A program made the position numbers and the translations under genes. A DNA stretch of 42,976 bases from a virus: positions 1-42,976 of IMG/VR virus record IMGVR_UViG_3300045988_151420, one strand, 5' to 3'. The notes under the pieces are model-generated. The model was not told where the DNA came from, made no database searches, and worked only from the letters and a program-made list of their open reading frames with translations. Below are positions 1 to 8,191 of this stretch, piece after piece; within the stretch, counting starts at the first letter, position 1; every line of letters starts with the position of its first letter.

Positions 1-30
1 TATCTACAACCCAGGGCCATGCCGTGTAGT
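1..30. repeat. Terminal overlap identical to 42947-42976. The window is one circularised 42,946-bp genome unit plus 30 duplicated bases.
   Basis: Direct read: tatctacaacccagggccatgccgtgtagt is at both ends. A minus-strand reading frame is continuous across the junction. Confidence 0.95.
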
Positions 31-940
31 AGATCCACTCAACTACCGGCTGCATAGCCGCCTGAATAGCGGCCCACGCGATCTGAATATTAGACCACAT
101 GTTAGCGGCCGTATCCTTGATCGCATTGAACGCGCCTACAACCCACGGCCAAACCGTATTGTAAATCCAATCCGCAACGGGCTGAATTGCGGTCTGAATG
201 GCGGTCCATGCGATTTGAATATCTGCCCACATCATGGAGGCGGTGTCTTTAATCGCGTTAAAGGCGCCGACCACCATGGGCCAAATGTCGTTGTAGATTT
301 GTGTGGCGACGGGCATGATTGCCGCCCAAATAGCGTCCCACGCCCACTGAATCGTAGACCAGAGCGCACTCACGCCCCAGCTAATAGCATCCCACGCCGT
401 GGTGAGGTACAGGGCGGCAACGTTGACAATCCAATCGACGACGGGGCGGATTATGTCGCTGATCCCTTGCCATGCTGCGACCATCCCGTTCCAGACGATC
501 ATTGCTCCCGCGGAAATGCCATCCCAGGCGGCCTGAAGGTTGGGCCACGCGGTATTTACGATCCAGTCGACGACGGCTTGAATGACGGGCTGTATTCCTT
601 GCCATACACTGACGATTCCGTTCCATACCCATTGGGCGCCAGCGACGATCCCGTCCCATGCTGCCTGAAGTGCGGGCCATGCGGTGCCGACTATCCAGTC
701 AATGACCGCCTGAATAACGGGCTGCATTCCCTGCCACACGGACACCATAACGCCCCACATCCACTGGGCGCCTGCCACAATCCCGTCCCATGCGACCTGC
801 ATGAGAGGCCACACGTTAGCGGCGAACCAATCGGCCACAGAACCGGCGGCCGTTTTGATTGCTTCCCAACAAGAAATGACAACATTCCGGAATGTTTCGG
901 AGTTCTGCCATGCCACAATAATTGCCGCGACCAACGCTGC
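1..940 (-). repeat. 132-nt (44-aa) tandem repeats inside the tape measure gene; the array continues across the junction to about 42750.
   Basis: The GGCCA anchor recurs at exactly 132-nt steps: 42829, 42961 (=15), 147, 279, 543, 675 and 807, with a degenerate copy near 411. One translated unit is WPWVVDTFNTIKDAASSLWGTISAAWNGIWATIQPVVDWIYNIA. Confidence 0.85.
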
Positions 941-2596
941 AATAGCGATCACAACAAGGCCGATCGGGTTAGCATCCATCGCGGCGTTGAATGCCCACTG
1001 CGCCGCAGTCGAAGCGATTGTCGCCGTCTTGTGGAGGACCATCATTGCCGTGGCACGGCCCCAAGCAACCGCCTGCATCGTAATTTGCGTCGTTGCACGT
1101 GCGATATTCGATAGGAATTCGCCGGCGTACATGAGATTGAGCTGCGCGGTCTCAACAGTGTCTTTGATCTTCGCCACGGTCATTGCGTTAATGGCTGTGG
1201 TGACGCGCCCGGCTACACCGGCTACGCCTTCCATGTCATTCAACCATTGCTGCATTGAGGACATGACCATGACGGCTTTCCATGCCGTAAATGCGGCCGC
1301 AATACTGTAAACCGCCACTTTACTATTGAGAATAGCGACGGTGAGATTCTCCATGAATTGGACGAGAGTGCTGTTCGCGATGGTGCTGAGAGCGGTAGCG
1401 ATACCGGGGACGAGTGTTCCGACAATGAATTTGCCGAGCTCGACGAAACTGTTGCGAACGCTGGTGATGTATGAGATGATTCCGGAGTCTTTGTCGAATC
1501 CGAAAATCGTCCCCGTGAAATCACCGGACAGAAGCAAATCTTTAAGATTCTTCAGCGACGGGACGAGCGTCTTATTGATCCACTCTCCCGCGGCAGCAGC
1601 AGCATCACGCATGCGGAAAAGAAAATCAACGAAGCTCGAGTCTTCCTCGAATGAGAAGATCGGGCCCGTGAAATCACCCTTGCGGATAACGTTGAAAGCA
1701 TTCGTAATACTGGGGATGAATGAATTGCTCACCCAGTTGAATACTTTTTCGAACCCTTTGCTCATGGCGTCAAGGGATGCGGTGATCCATGGGAGTGCTT
1801 TTTCGGCGATTTCCTGCGCCCCGGTCACAAGGGTTGCTTTGAAATTCCCCCAAGCACCTTCGAGAGTTTTGGTGGATGTAGCGGCCTCAATGGCCACGTC
1901 CTCCATACCGAGATCGAGGATTGCTTGGTTGAATTCCTCGGCGGTGATCTCGCCTTTTTCCATGGCTTCCCGGAAATTGCCCGTGTAGGCGCCATTCTTT
2001 TTCATGGCTTCCTGCAATTTACCGGACGCGCCGGGAATGGCGTCGGAAAGCTGGTTCCAGTTCTCGGTGGTGAGTTTTCCAGCGCCCGCGGTCTGCGTCA
2101 TAACAAGGCCGACTGTTTTGAACGTTTGCGCGTTTCCGCCTGCAACAGCGTTCAGGTTACCGGCAGCCTCGGCGAGCTTATCGTAGCCTTTTACGCCGTT
2201 GGATGCAAGCTGCGCGGTAATGGACTGAATATCGTCAAGCTCGTAAATCGTACGATCCGCGTAGGAGCGCGTGCTTTTTGTAAGTGCGTTGATTTCGTCC
2301 GCACTTTTACCGGCGAATGCGAGCGTTTGCTTGAATTTGATTGTGGCGTCGGCCGCATTGAATGCTTCTTTTGCGACGCCGCCGAATGCGACGGCGATGC
2401 CGCCGATTGCGAGTCCTCCGAGCGCGGCGCCGGCGACTTTCGCTACCGATTTGAACGCACCACCAAGCCCGGACGTGATCTTTCTCTCGGCCGGCCCAGT
2501 GTCGACGTTGCCGATTTCGCTATTGATATTTCGGGCGAGGCCTCGTACGGACGGGCTGATCTGAATCCATGCGGTCCCGAGATCATATCCGGCCAT
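1..2596 (-). CDS. Tape measure protein, N-terminal part. It continues across the circular junction into 42946..41112; total 4,431 nt = 1,476 aa.
   Basis: ATG at 2596-2594 with GGAGAGG (2602-2608) 5 nt upstream. Hand translation: MAGYDLGTAWIQISPSVRGLARNINSEIGNVDTGPAERK... The frame stays open to base 1 and is in phase with ORF 41112..42824. It is missing from the ORF track only because it runs off the window edge. It lies directly after the tail chaperone pair. Confidence 0.9.
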   Translation of the reverse strand, partial: MAGYDLGTAWIQISPSVRGLARNINSEIGNVDTGPAERKITSGLGGAFKSVAKVAGAALGGLAIGGIAVAFGGVAKEAFNAADATIKFKQTLAFAGKSADEINALTKSTRSYADRTIYELDDIQSITAQLASNGVKGYDKLAEAAGNLNAVAGGNAQTFKTVGLVMTQTAGAGKLTTENWNQLSDAIPGASGKLQEAMKKNGAYTGNFREAMEKGEITAEEFNQAILDLGMEDVAIEAATSTKTLEGAWGNFKATLVTGAQEIAEKALPWITASLDAMSKGFEKVFNWVSNSFIPSITNAFNVIRKGDFTGPIFSFEEDSSFVDFLFRMRDAAAAAGEWINKTLVPSLKNLKDLLLSGDFTGTIFGFDKDSGIISYITSVRNSFVELGKFIVGTLVPGIATALSTIANSTLVQFMENLTVAILNSKVAVYSIAAAFTAWKAVMVMSSMQQWLNDMEGVAGVAGRVTTAINAMTVAKIKDTVETAQLNLMYAGEFLSNIARATTQITMQAVAWGRATAMMVLHKTATIASTAAQWAFNAAMDANPIGLVVIAIAALVAAIIVAWQNSETFRNVVISCWEAIKTAAGSVADWFAANVWPLMQVAWDGIVAGAQWMWGVMVSVWQGMQPVIQAVIDWIVGTAWPALQAAWDGIVAGAQWVWNGIVSVWQGIQPVIQAVVDWIVNTAWPNLQAAWDGISAGAMIVWNGMVAAWQGISDIIRPVVDWIVNVAALYLTTAWDAISWGVSALWSTIQWAWDAIWAAIMPVATQIYNDIWPMVVGAFNAIKDTASMMWADIQIAWTAIQTAIQPVADWIYNTVWPWVVGAFNAIKDTAANMWSNIQIAWAAIQAAMQPVVEWIYYTAWPWVVD

Positions 2597-2704
2597 TGAT
2601 ACCTCTCCGAAATCATGTGTAGCGAAAATGGTTCACGCCAAGCAAACCGTTTTTCGTGTTTGTCTTGGCGTGAACCATTTTACACTATCCGATAGTAACA
2701 CGGC

Positions 2705-3426
2705 TCAGCTGCCGTATCGGGCAAGCCATTTCTCACCCTTGGCCTTCTGCGCTTTAGCGTGCTTGCTTGACACTCTGGGATTGCCAGTTTCTCGGTACCC
2801 TTCAGCCGGCGGCTTCGGCGTCTCAGGCCACTTGTCTTTCTTGACACCATTGACGGCGAGTAGCGTGGTCTGAATATTGTGTGCTGACATTATTGTGGCG
2901 GCTACTTCGTCGGACCAGTATCTGTCTCCGCCGCGCGCCCTATCGAATGTCGACCCTGGCGGGAGGCCGCCGATGAGCGCCATTACCCGCCTTGGGGTTA
3001 TTCTGCCTCGATATAGATCAAGAAGATCAGTGTTGTAGTATCGTTGCAGGTCGGCTTCTATCTCCCACCCATACTCGCGGAGTAGTGGTGGGAGGATTGT
3101 CAGTTTCCCGCGCCCACCTCGGACACGATTGACTGCATAAAGTCGGTCACCGCGTCGATCGGGACGCGACCGTTCTCGTCCTCCAAAGCGGCGTAAACCT
3201 CATCTTTGTGGTCGCCTACAATGAGGCGGAAAAGCGGGAACGGATTGCCGGCGTCGAGGGCCTCGAATGCGCGGAAATCCTCCAACGCCTCCGGAGGAAT
3301 ATCGAACTCGATACCCTCATAGTCCACGTGGATGGGGTCGCGCGTAGCCTCAGTCTTGGCCAACCTGTCGGCCGGCGCCTTAGCTCCGGCGGCCTTTGCC
3401 TTGCTCTTCGTATCCTTGTCAGACAT
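2705..3426 (-). CDS. Tail assembly chaperone, -1 frameshifted long form (G-T type fusion).
   Basis: After a slip at G GGA AAC (3109-3103), the -1 frame reads LTILPPLLREYGWEIEADLQRYYNTDLLDLYRGRITPRRVMALIGG with no stop. It joins track ORF 2705..2983. Confidence 0.75.
3100..3426 (-). CDS. Tail assembly chaperone, short form.
   Basis: 108-aa acidic ORF between the major tail and tape measure genes. It ends ...VGAGN-TGA on the slippery heptamer. Confidence 0.85.
   Translation of the reverse strand: MSDKDTKSKAKAAGAKAPADRLAKTEATRDPIHVDYEGIEFDIPPEALEDFRAFEALDAGNPFPLFRLIVGDHKDEVYAALEDENGRVPIDAVTDFMQSIVSEVGAGN
3103..3109 (-). promoter_or_regulatory. Programmed -1 ribosomal frameshift slippery heptamer GGGAAAC.
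   Basis: Minus strand reads GCG GGA AAC TGA. The X XXY YYZ phasing is correct and the site abuts the stop codon. The -1 frame is open for about 130 further codons. Confidence 0.75.
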
Positions 3427-3482
3427 AATGGGTTGTCCTCAAATTGTTTTATAAAACTGAATGGGTTGTGTTTGTTTTGGAT

Positions 3483-3533
3483 CTTCCCCGCTATTCCGCG
3501 ACAACCCATCCGAAACACGAAATAGCGGGGAAG
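3483..3533 (-). terminator. Stem-loop after the major tail protein gene.
   Basis: 13-bp arms cttccccgctatt (3483-3495) and aatagcggggaag (3521-3533), 10 nt past the stop at 3543. Confidence 0.6.
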
Positions 3534-3542
3534 AATCATATA

Positions 3543-4127
3543 TCAGGCGGGGAACAGCGCCTTGTGGTCGGAGTAGATAATGTAGTCGCCCAGCACGGAG
3601 AGGTTGTACTCGTAGCCGGTGATCTCAGCCTGCTGGAAAGTGATCTCGCCGCGCTCACCGAGCTCAAGACGCGGGAAAACAATACGAATCTGCGCACCCA
3701 CGCCGGAAACGTCGAAGAAATCAGCGACACCGCAGAGAAGCTTGACCTTACGGGACGACTTGGCGGTGATCTTCACGCCCTTGACGGCGCCACCATCCTC
3801 GACCTTCTCGCTAGTAGCGTCAAGATACCAAGAGAGCGGGGCGAGCATGGTCTCCAGGAGAGTGGCACTGAAAGTCGTCTCCGACGAGTCGAGGAATGTC
3901 TTGACGACACCGTGACCCTGGTGCCCCTTAATCTTGGTGACGGAGTCGTCAGAGGTCAGCTTGAACCCGTCCTCACTAATCCACCCAACATTGGTGAGAC
4001 CGGTCACGCCGGAGAGGTCCTGGGTGAGTGACGTGACCTTCTCGCCAAACTTTTCGACGTAGTCGCCCAGCCAGAGCGCGTCATTGTCAGACGAGAAAAT
4101 GAGTGCATTGTCAGCGTTAACAGCCAT
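3543..4127 (-). CDS. Major tail protein.
   Basis: 194-aa ORF with AGGTGA 7 nt before the ATG. It lies immediately upstream of the chaperone pair and is followed by a strong hairpin. Confidence 0.75.
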   Translation of the reverse strand: MAVNADNALIFSSDNDALWLGDYVEKFGEKVTSLTQDLSGVTGLTNVGWISEDGFKLTSDDSVTKIKGHQGHGVVKTFLDSSETTFSATLLETMLAPLSWYLDATSEKVEDGGAVKGVKITAKSSRKVKLLCGVADFFDVSGVGAQIRIVFPRLELGERGEITFQQAEITGYEYNLSVLGDYIIYSDHKALFPA

Positions 4128-4134
4128 TATTTGT

Positions 4135-4524
4135 TCACCTGTGTGCTGTAATTGTTAATGTTGCAGTCGCCCTCGCCTGAGATGTGTCCGGATCGGGCAT
4201 TTCTATCGGATAGGATGATTGTACCATCACTATACCATCCCGATAGTTCGGCATTGTGTGCGCCACATTCACGGCCTCGCACGCAATTTTCATCGCCTCA
4301 CCCGACGACTGCGCATAAGTGTCAATCGTCTCCAGAGCAGTGCAGAGTGCTTTCTGTGTGACTCCGGTACCCCCGGTTGAGAGGACTCGAATAAACGCGG
4401 AGGGACGATCCGGACTCTCAGGTCTGCGAGCCACGACCGGCACGCTCATGTGCGTGGACAGGAAGTCCATGAGATGTTTCTTTATGTCCGGCACCGTGGG
4501 GGCACGATCGTATGTTGGGCTCAT
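4135..4524 (-). CDS. Tail terminator / tail completion protein (assigned by position).
   Basis: 129-aa ORF with a 4-nt overlap with the upstream gene, directly before the major tail gene. Confidence 0.55.
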   Translation of the reverse strand: MSPTYDRAPTVPDIKKHLMDFLSTHMSVPVVARRPESPDRPSAFIRVLSTGGTGVTQKALCTALETIDTYAQSSGEAMKIACEAVNVAHTMPNYRDGIVMVQSSYPIEMPDPDTSQARATATLTITAHR

Positions 4525-4775
4525 TTCCCGCCACCCATTGTTAGGCCGATCGCACGCTCCAGTGTGTGCTCTCTCGCTTGTTTACGCATTGCGGCAATGG
4601 TGCGCGCTCTGACGTATCCGCGGGTACGATTTCCGTGCGTCGTCTCGCCCTCGAATCCACGGCCGGCAGCGTTGGCTACGCGCCCGGTCTCGAGCGCGAC
4701 GGTCCGGGCTACGTCAGGGCCGCGCAGAAGATCGGCGACACCGTCCCTGTTGAGCTGGAATTTTACTTTCGGCAT
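4521..4775 (-). CDS. HK97 gp10-like head-tail joining / tail component.
   Basis: 84-aa ORF, MPKVKFQLNRDGVADLLRGPDVARTV...; this N-terminus resembles the gp10 family, and the position fits. Confidence 0.55.
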   Translation of the reverse strand: MPKVKFQLNRDGVADLLRGPDVARTVALETGRVANAAGRGFEGETTHGNRTRGYVRARTIAAMRKQAREHTLERAIGLTMGGGK

Positions 4776-5105
4776 TTATTCGCTCACCTTATCTTCGTTG
4801 GCGCGAATCTGCACAACCATCCCCTTGGGATAGGGGGAAGGGCGGCCTTCAACACAATATTCTATGCCGTCTACAATGAGATGATCTTCGGCGGTCACGT
4901 CGATTGTGGTGTTCCGCCAGTAAAGGGCGGCGGGCACGGTGACGGGCATTGCACCAGCACTGATCGGCTCAGTAGATGTGGCCGGCGCAAACACAGCAGG
5001 CGGCAGAGCAACATTTTCCCACTGCCCCGGCACGGGGTTCCCGTACTGGTCTTTCGACGCCGGGCCTCTTCTGCGCCGTGTGACAGGTACGTATCCTGAA
5101 AGCAT
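4776..5105 (-). CDS. Head closure / head-tail adaptor protein.
   Basis: 109-aa ORF. Its start overlaps the upstream stop (TAATG). Size and order are typical. Confidence 0.6.
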   Translation of the reverse strand: MLSGYVPVTRRRRGPASKDQYGNPVPGQWENVALPPAVFAPATSTEPISAGAMPVTVPAALYWRNTTIDVTAEDHLIVDGIEYCVEGRPSPYPKGMVVQIRANEDKVSE

Positions 5106-5590
5106 TACGGTTCCTGTCCGCTGATCGCGTTAATGTCTTCGATCAACTGATCCGTAGCGGACCGCACGTCATAGTCCTGTAGGAGGTCTACTTCGAATGC
5201 GCCGCCAGCCCCGCCGAGTGCGTCTTTTTCCTCGCGTTTCAGGTATAGGCCGCCTTCAGGATTCTGATACGTGAACTGATCGGAGAACGGGCCGGTCGTG
5301 TGCGATTCCGATGCGATAATCCCGTGAGGCTCGGAATAAATTCCGCCGCCACTGTCGGTGACACCGCCGATAGCATCACCGCCTTGCATTGCGCGACGCA
5401 CCACAGCACACGCCACTCGCTTTCGCGTACGAGGGGTAGCGGATTCCCAACGGGGGCATTTCGACACAATGAGATCGGTTGCGTCGGCGAGGAGTACGTC
5501 AGCGCGAATGCGCTCATTGCCCGAGAGCGCCCGCCACCGAGCCTCCAAATCCTCGACCGTGGCGAACGGAATAATATCCTCAGGAATCAC
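5105..5590 (-). CDS. Head-tail connector (gp6-like).
   Basis: 161-aa ORF, ...ATVEDLEARWRALSGNERIRADVLLADATDLI..., with a GTGA overlap with the upstream gene. Confidence 0.65.
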   Translation of the reverse strand: MIPEDIIPFATVEDLEARWRALSGNERIRADVLLADATDLIVSKCPRWESATPRTRKRVACAVVRRAMQGGDAIGGVTDSGGGIYSEPHGIIASESHTTGPFSDQFTYQNPEGGLYLKREEKDALGGAGGAFEVDLLQDYDVRSATDQLIEDINAISGQEP

Positions 5591-5802
5591 TTTGCCGTCT
5601 TTCTTGGGCGACCCCGTCCCCGACGGGGAGCGGGTGCCGGCGAGGCAGTACGAGAGGAGGAAGGGGAAGAGGTGGGCTCGTCCGCCTCGCCGGCGTCATC
5701 ATTCCCGGGGGTAATTTCGGTGTATTCGTCTCCGAGCATCACATTGTGGTCGTCTGCGAGATGGACCACAATGTCGTGGTCTCGGTGCTTGTAGTGTCGC
5801 AT
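5587..5802 (-). CDS. Small acidic protein with a C-terminal AT-hook (RRGRGRPRK).
   Basis: 71-aa ORF between the capsid and connector genes; the RGRP core is read directly. The start codon is uncertain. Confidence 0.6.
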   Translation of the reverse strand: MRHYKHRDHDIVVHLADDHNVMLGDEYTEITPGNDDAGEADEPTSSPSSSRTASPAPAPRRGRGRPRKTAK

Positions 5803-5871
5803 TTCCAGAATCGCCCCTGGGAAAAATTTTGTTTTGGATGGGTTGTGTTTTGTTTCTTTACGGCGATTTTA

Positions 5872-6804
5872 TCAGGCGCCAGCCTTGGTCTTAATCGTCG
5901 CGAACTTATCCGGGAAAACGTACCAAGCGTACAGAATCTCGAGACGCAGAGCAATCTGGTTCCTACGCTTCAAGTCGCCCTGACCGTCCGGGTCGCCGAA
6001 ACGAATGATCTCAAGCGGCAGGGACCGCTGAATCCCCCAACGAATACCGTCGACAAAGTCGCCGACGATGCCCTCAACATTGGTGGCGGCGGTCGCCTCA
6101 GGCTTGCCGGCAACCGTGTTTCCAGCGGCGGCCGGGAGCCCCATGAAATTGTCAATGTCAACACCGAGGCCGATCTGCGGGTAACGCGGAGTACCCGAAG
6201 GCGTCCCGTCAGCATTCTTAGTCTGAAGACTACCGAGCGCCCAAACGGCGGACGGGGCAAGCGCAAGGCCGGTCGGCGTAATGGGCGCGGCATTGTCATT
6301 AATGAGCAGACCGGCGGCCTGGCGGATCGCCTGGTCCATCTCCGTAGTGCCGACCTCAACGCTCTTGGTGGTGGAGGTCAAGTAGTTGGTCCACGCGTCA
6401 ATAACAGCGCCAGTGAGGGGGTTAACACGGTGGTAAAGGCCGAGGTCGAGGGCCCGGGAAAGCGCCTCACTGCCCTTCTGTGCGAGCTGGTTGAGGACGT
6501 CAAGCTGATAATCCTCGTCGGCCCACTGGACCTCCTCGTTGAAACGCATAGTGACCTGAGCCTTGTGCGGCTTAGCGGTCACATAGCCGAACTCACCAGA
6601 CGTGGGCGCCTTTTCGGCGCCCTCGTCAACGAACTCGGCGCGCGGGAAATTATCGAAGGTGATAATGTCCACGTCGCCGAAAGTCATGGGGATTCCACCG
6701 TTGAGCTTGGCGACGGTGGAGAGGGTCTGGGTGCGAGTAATGATACCGTCGGCGATCTGCCGAGGCATGAGGACCTTTGCCTTGCCTGAATCAAACACGG
6801 CCAT
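5872..6804 (-). CDS. Major capsid protein (HK97 fold type).
   Basis: 310-aa ORF after the scaffold gene. Size, position and sequence character are typical. Confidence 0.85.
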   Translation of the reverse strand: MAVFDSGKAKVLMPRQIADGIITRTQTLSTVAKLNGGIPMTFGDVDIITFDNFPRAEFVDEGAEKAPTSGEFGYVTAKPHKAQVTMRFNEEVQWADEDYQLDVLNQLAQKGSEALSRALDLGLYHRVNPLTGAVIDAWTNYLTSTTKSVEVGTTEMDQAIRQAAGLLINDNAAPITPTGLALAPSAVWALGSLQTKNADGTPSGTPRYPQIGLGVDIDNFMGLPAAAGNTVAGKPEATAATNVEGIVGDFVDGIRWGIQRSLPLEIIRFGDPDGQGDLKRRNQIALRLEILYAWYVFPDKFATIKTKAGA

Positions 6805-6865
6805 TTTAATTAATTTCCGTTTCTTTCTAGTGTTTTATCTTTTTAGAATAGCGGCGAAAGTTATT

Positions 6866-7348
6866 TCAGTCGCCGGCGAAAACGTTCCGAGCAAACTCCG
6901 CAAGATTGCCGCCGTTATTGTCGGGCGTGGCTCCGGCCTGGGGCACCACGGGGGCGACAGACGGCTTAGCGTCGTGCAATGCCTTGGCGATTGCGGCAGC
7001 ATGAGCGTTGATTTCATCCTCGGTGGCTCCTCGGATCAAATCGACGCTGATACCGTGCTCTGCGGCCGCGTTGGCGGACCATTCGCGAACTTTAGCGGCA
7101 GTTTCAAAGTCTGCCACCTTGGCCTTTAGGGCTTCGATTGTGGCGTCTTTGTCGCCGATGGCCTTGGCGAGCTCGTCTCGTTCGTTGGCGGCGCGTCGAT
7201 TTTCTTTGGCGCGATTCTCCCACTTTCGAGATTCGCTTTTCCAGTCGATTTCAGGCTTACTAGCGGCGTTGTCCCCGTTCGTGGGGGCGTTACCGTCGTT
7301 AGTGGCGTTGTTGTCGGCTGGCGTGTCGCTTGTGGCGTTATCGCTCAT
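6866..7348 (-). CDS. Capsid scaffolding protein.
   Basis: Ala/Glu/Lys-rich coiled-coil ORF. I prefer the ATG at 7348 (MSDNATS...), which has AGGAAA upstream, over the track start at 7399. Confidence 0.7.
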   Translation of the reverse strand: MSDNATSDTPADNNATNDGNAPTNGDNAASKPEIDWKSESRKWENRAKENRRAANERDELAKAIGDKDATIEALKAKVADFETAAKVREWSANAAAEHGISVDLIRGATEDEINAHAAAIAKALHDAKPSVAPVVPQAGATPDNNGGNLAEFARNVFAGD

Positions 7349-7458
7349 TGGGCGTTTCCTATATTTTGACCGTGCGGTTATTGTGATATTTTCAGGCAAC
7401 TATATTTTGGGCTTTGCAGCCTTCCTTAAGTGACCATTGTTTATGCATTGTAGCACAA

Positions 7459-8184
7459 TCATTCAATTGGCCGTGTGCGCCATTCTGCGAGCTCCTCTTG
7501 GTGCGTGTCTATCCACGATGAGACGAGTTCACGGTGACGTTTGCGACCTTTTTCAGTTTTGTGTCTTGCTGCGAGCGTGTATGCTTTCGCAGGAACTTCG
7601 TGGGAGGTTGGGTCCCATGCGGGGACTGCGACGCATTTGCAATTGTCGTGTGCCCCGAATGACGCCGTCCCCTGTGACCTGTAGTAGCATTCGTTCATTG
7701 TGAGCATGACGCAGAAATTGCATGCTTGTGGGTTGCGTGTTCGTCTTTCCCAGCCCATTGCTTCCGAGTCGGCCCATGTCATGTCTGCGATTTGCGAGCG
7801 GGCACCGTCGCTGACGTATCGAATGAGCGCCCCGGTCAAATAGGATAAGGCGATGTCGGGGTTTCCGGCGTATAGTGCGCCCGCGCTGAATCTTACACTG
7901 TCGTCGATTTCGCCCTGTGGGGTGAGTGATGTTTGTACTGTGGGGGCGTCGCCTGGGATGTCTTGGTCTAGGCGCATGTCGCGGTACCATTCGTCGGCGA
8001 TTGCAGCGGCCGCACTGCCGTATTGGTCTACGAGGGCGGGCATGATTTCGAGCAGAAGATCGCGCGCTTGCTCGGGTCTTTGCCGTGCGGCGTGCGCCCA
8101 GAGCGTGTGTAGATCGTTTTGGGCGAGTGTGACGAGTGAGTCTACGGCTCGCCCGTATGCCCCGATTTCTGCGGTTGACAGCAT
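7459..8184 (-). CDS. MuF-like minor capsid / head morphogenesis protein.
   Basis: 241-aa ORF after the portal gene, carrying a C..C...H.NCKC motif (NFCVML...AHDNCKCV). Confidence 0.6.
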   Translation of the reverse strand: MLSTAEIGAYGRAVDSLVTLAQNDLHTLWAHAARQRPEQARDLLLEIMPALVDQYGSAAAAIADEWYRDMRLDQDIPGDAPTVQTSLTPQGEIDDSVRFSAGALYAGNPDIALSYLTGALIRYVSDGARSQIADMTWADSEAMGWERRTRNPQACNFCVMLTMNECYYRSQGTASFGAHDNCKCVAVPAWDPTSHEVPAKAYTLAARHKTEKGRKRHRELVSSWIDTHQEELAEWRTRPIE

Positions 8185-8191
8185 AATAGGA

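Noticed and set aside
1-2596. Possible stop-codon reassignment, suggested by the lack of a long minus-strand ORF in the track where a tape measure gene was expected.
   Set aside because: The minus frame is open in the standard code from 2596 to base 1. It was simply not reported because it has no stop codon inside the window.
215-2599. Plus-strand track ORFs 215..1114, 801..1310, 1326..1988, 1925..2599, 2004..2186 and 2271..2564.
   Set aside because: They are antisense to the tape measure reading frame, which I translated by hand. Their products are Cys/Pro/His/Arg-rich and not protein-like. They appear only because the real minus-strand ORF runs off the window edge.
6159-6166. Minus-strand GTGTTGAC / TTGACA inside the capsid gene as a promoter.
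   Set aside because: No acceptable -10 element lies 16-19 nt downstream, so this is probably a chance occurrence within coding sequence.
5746-6789. 347-aa plus-strand ORF.
   Set aside because: It is antisense to the major capsid protein gene and its composition is not protein-like.
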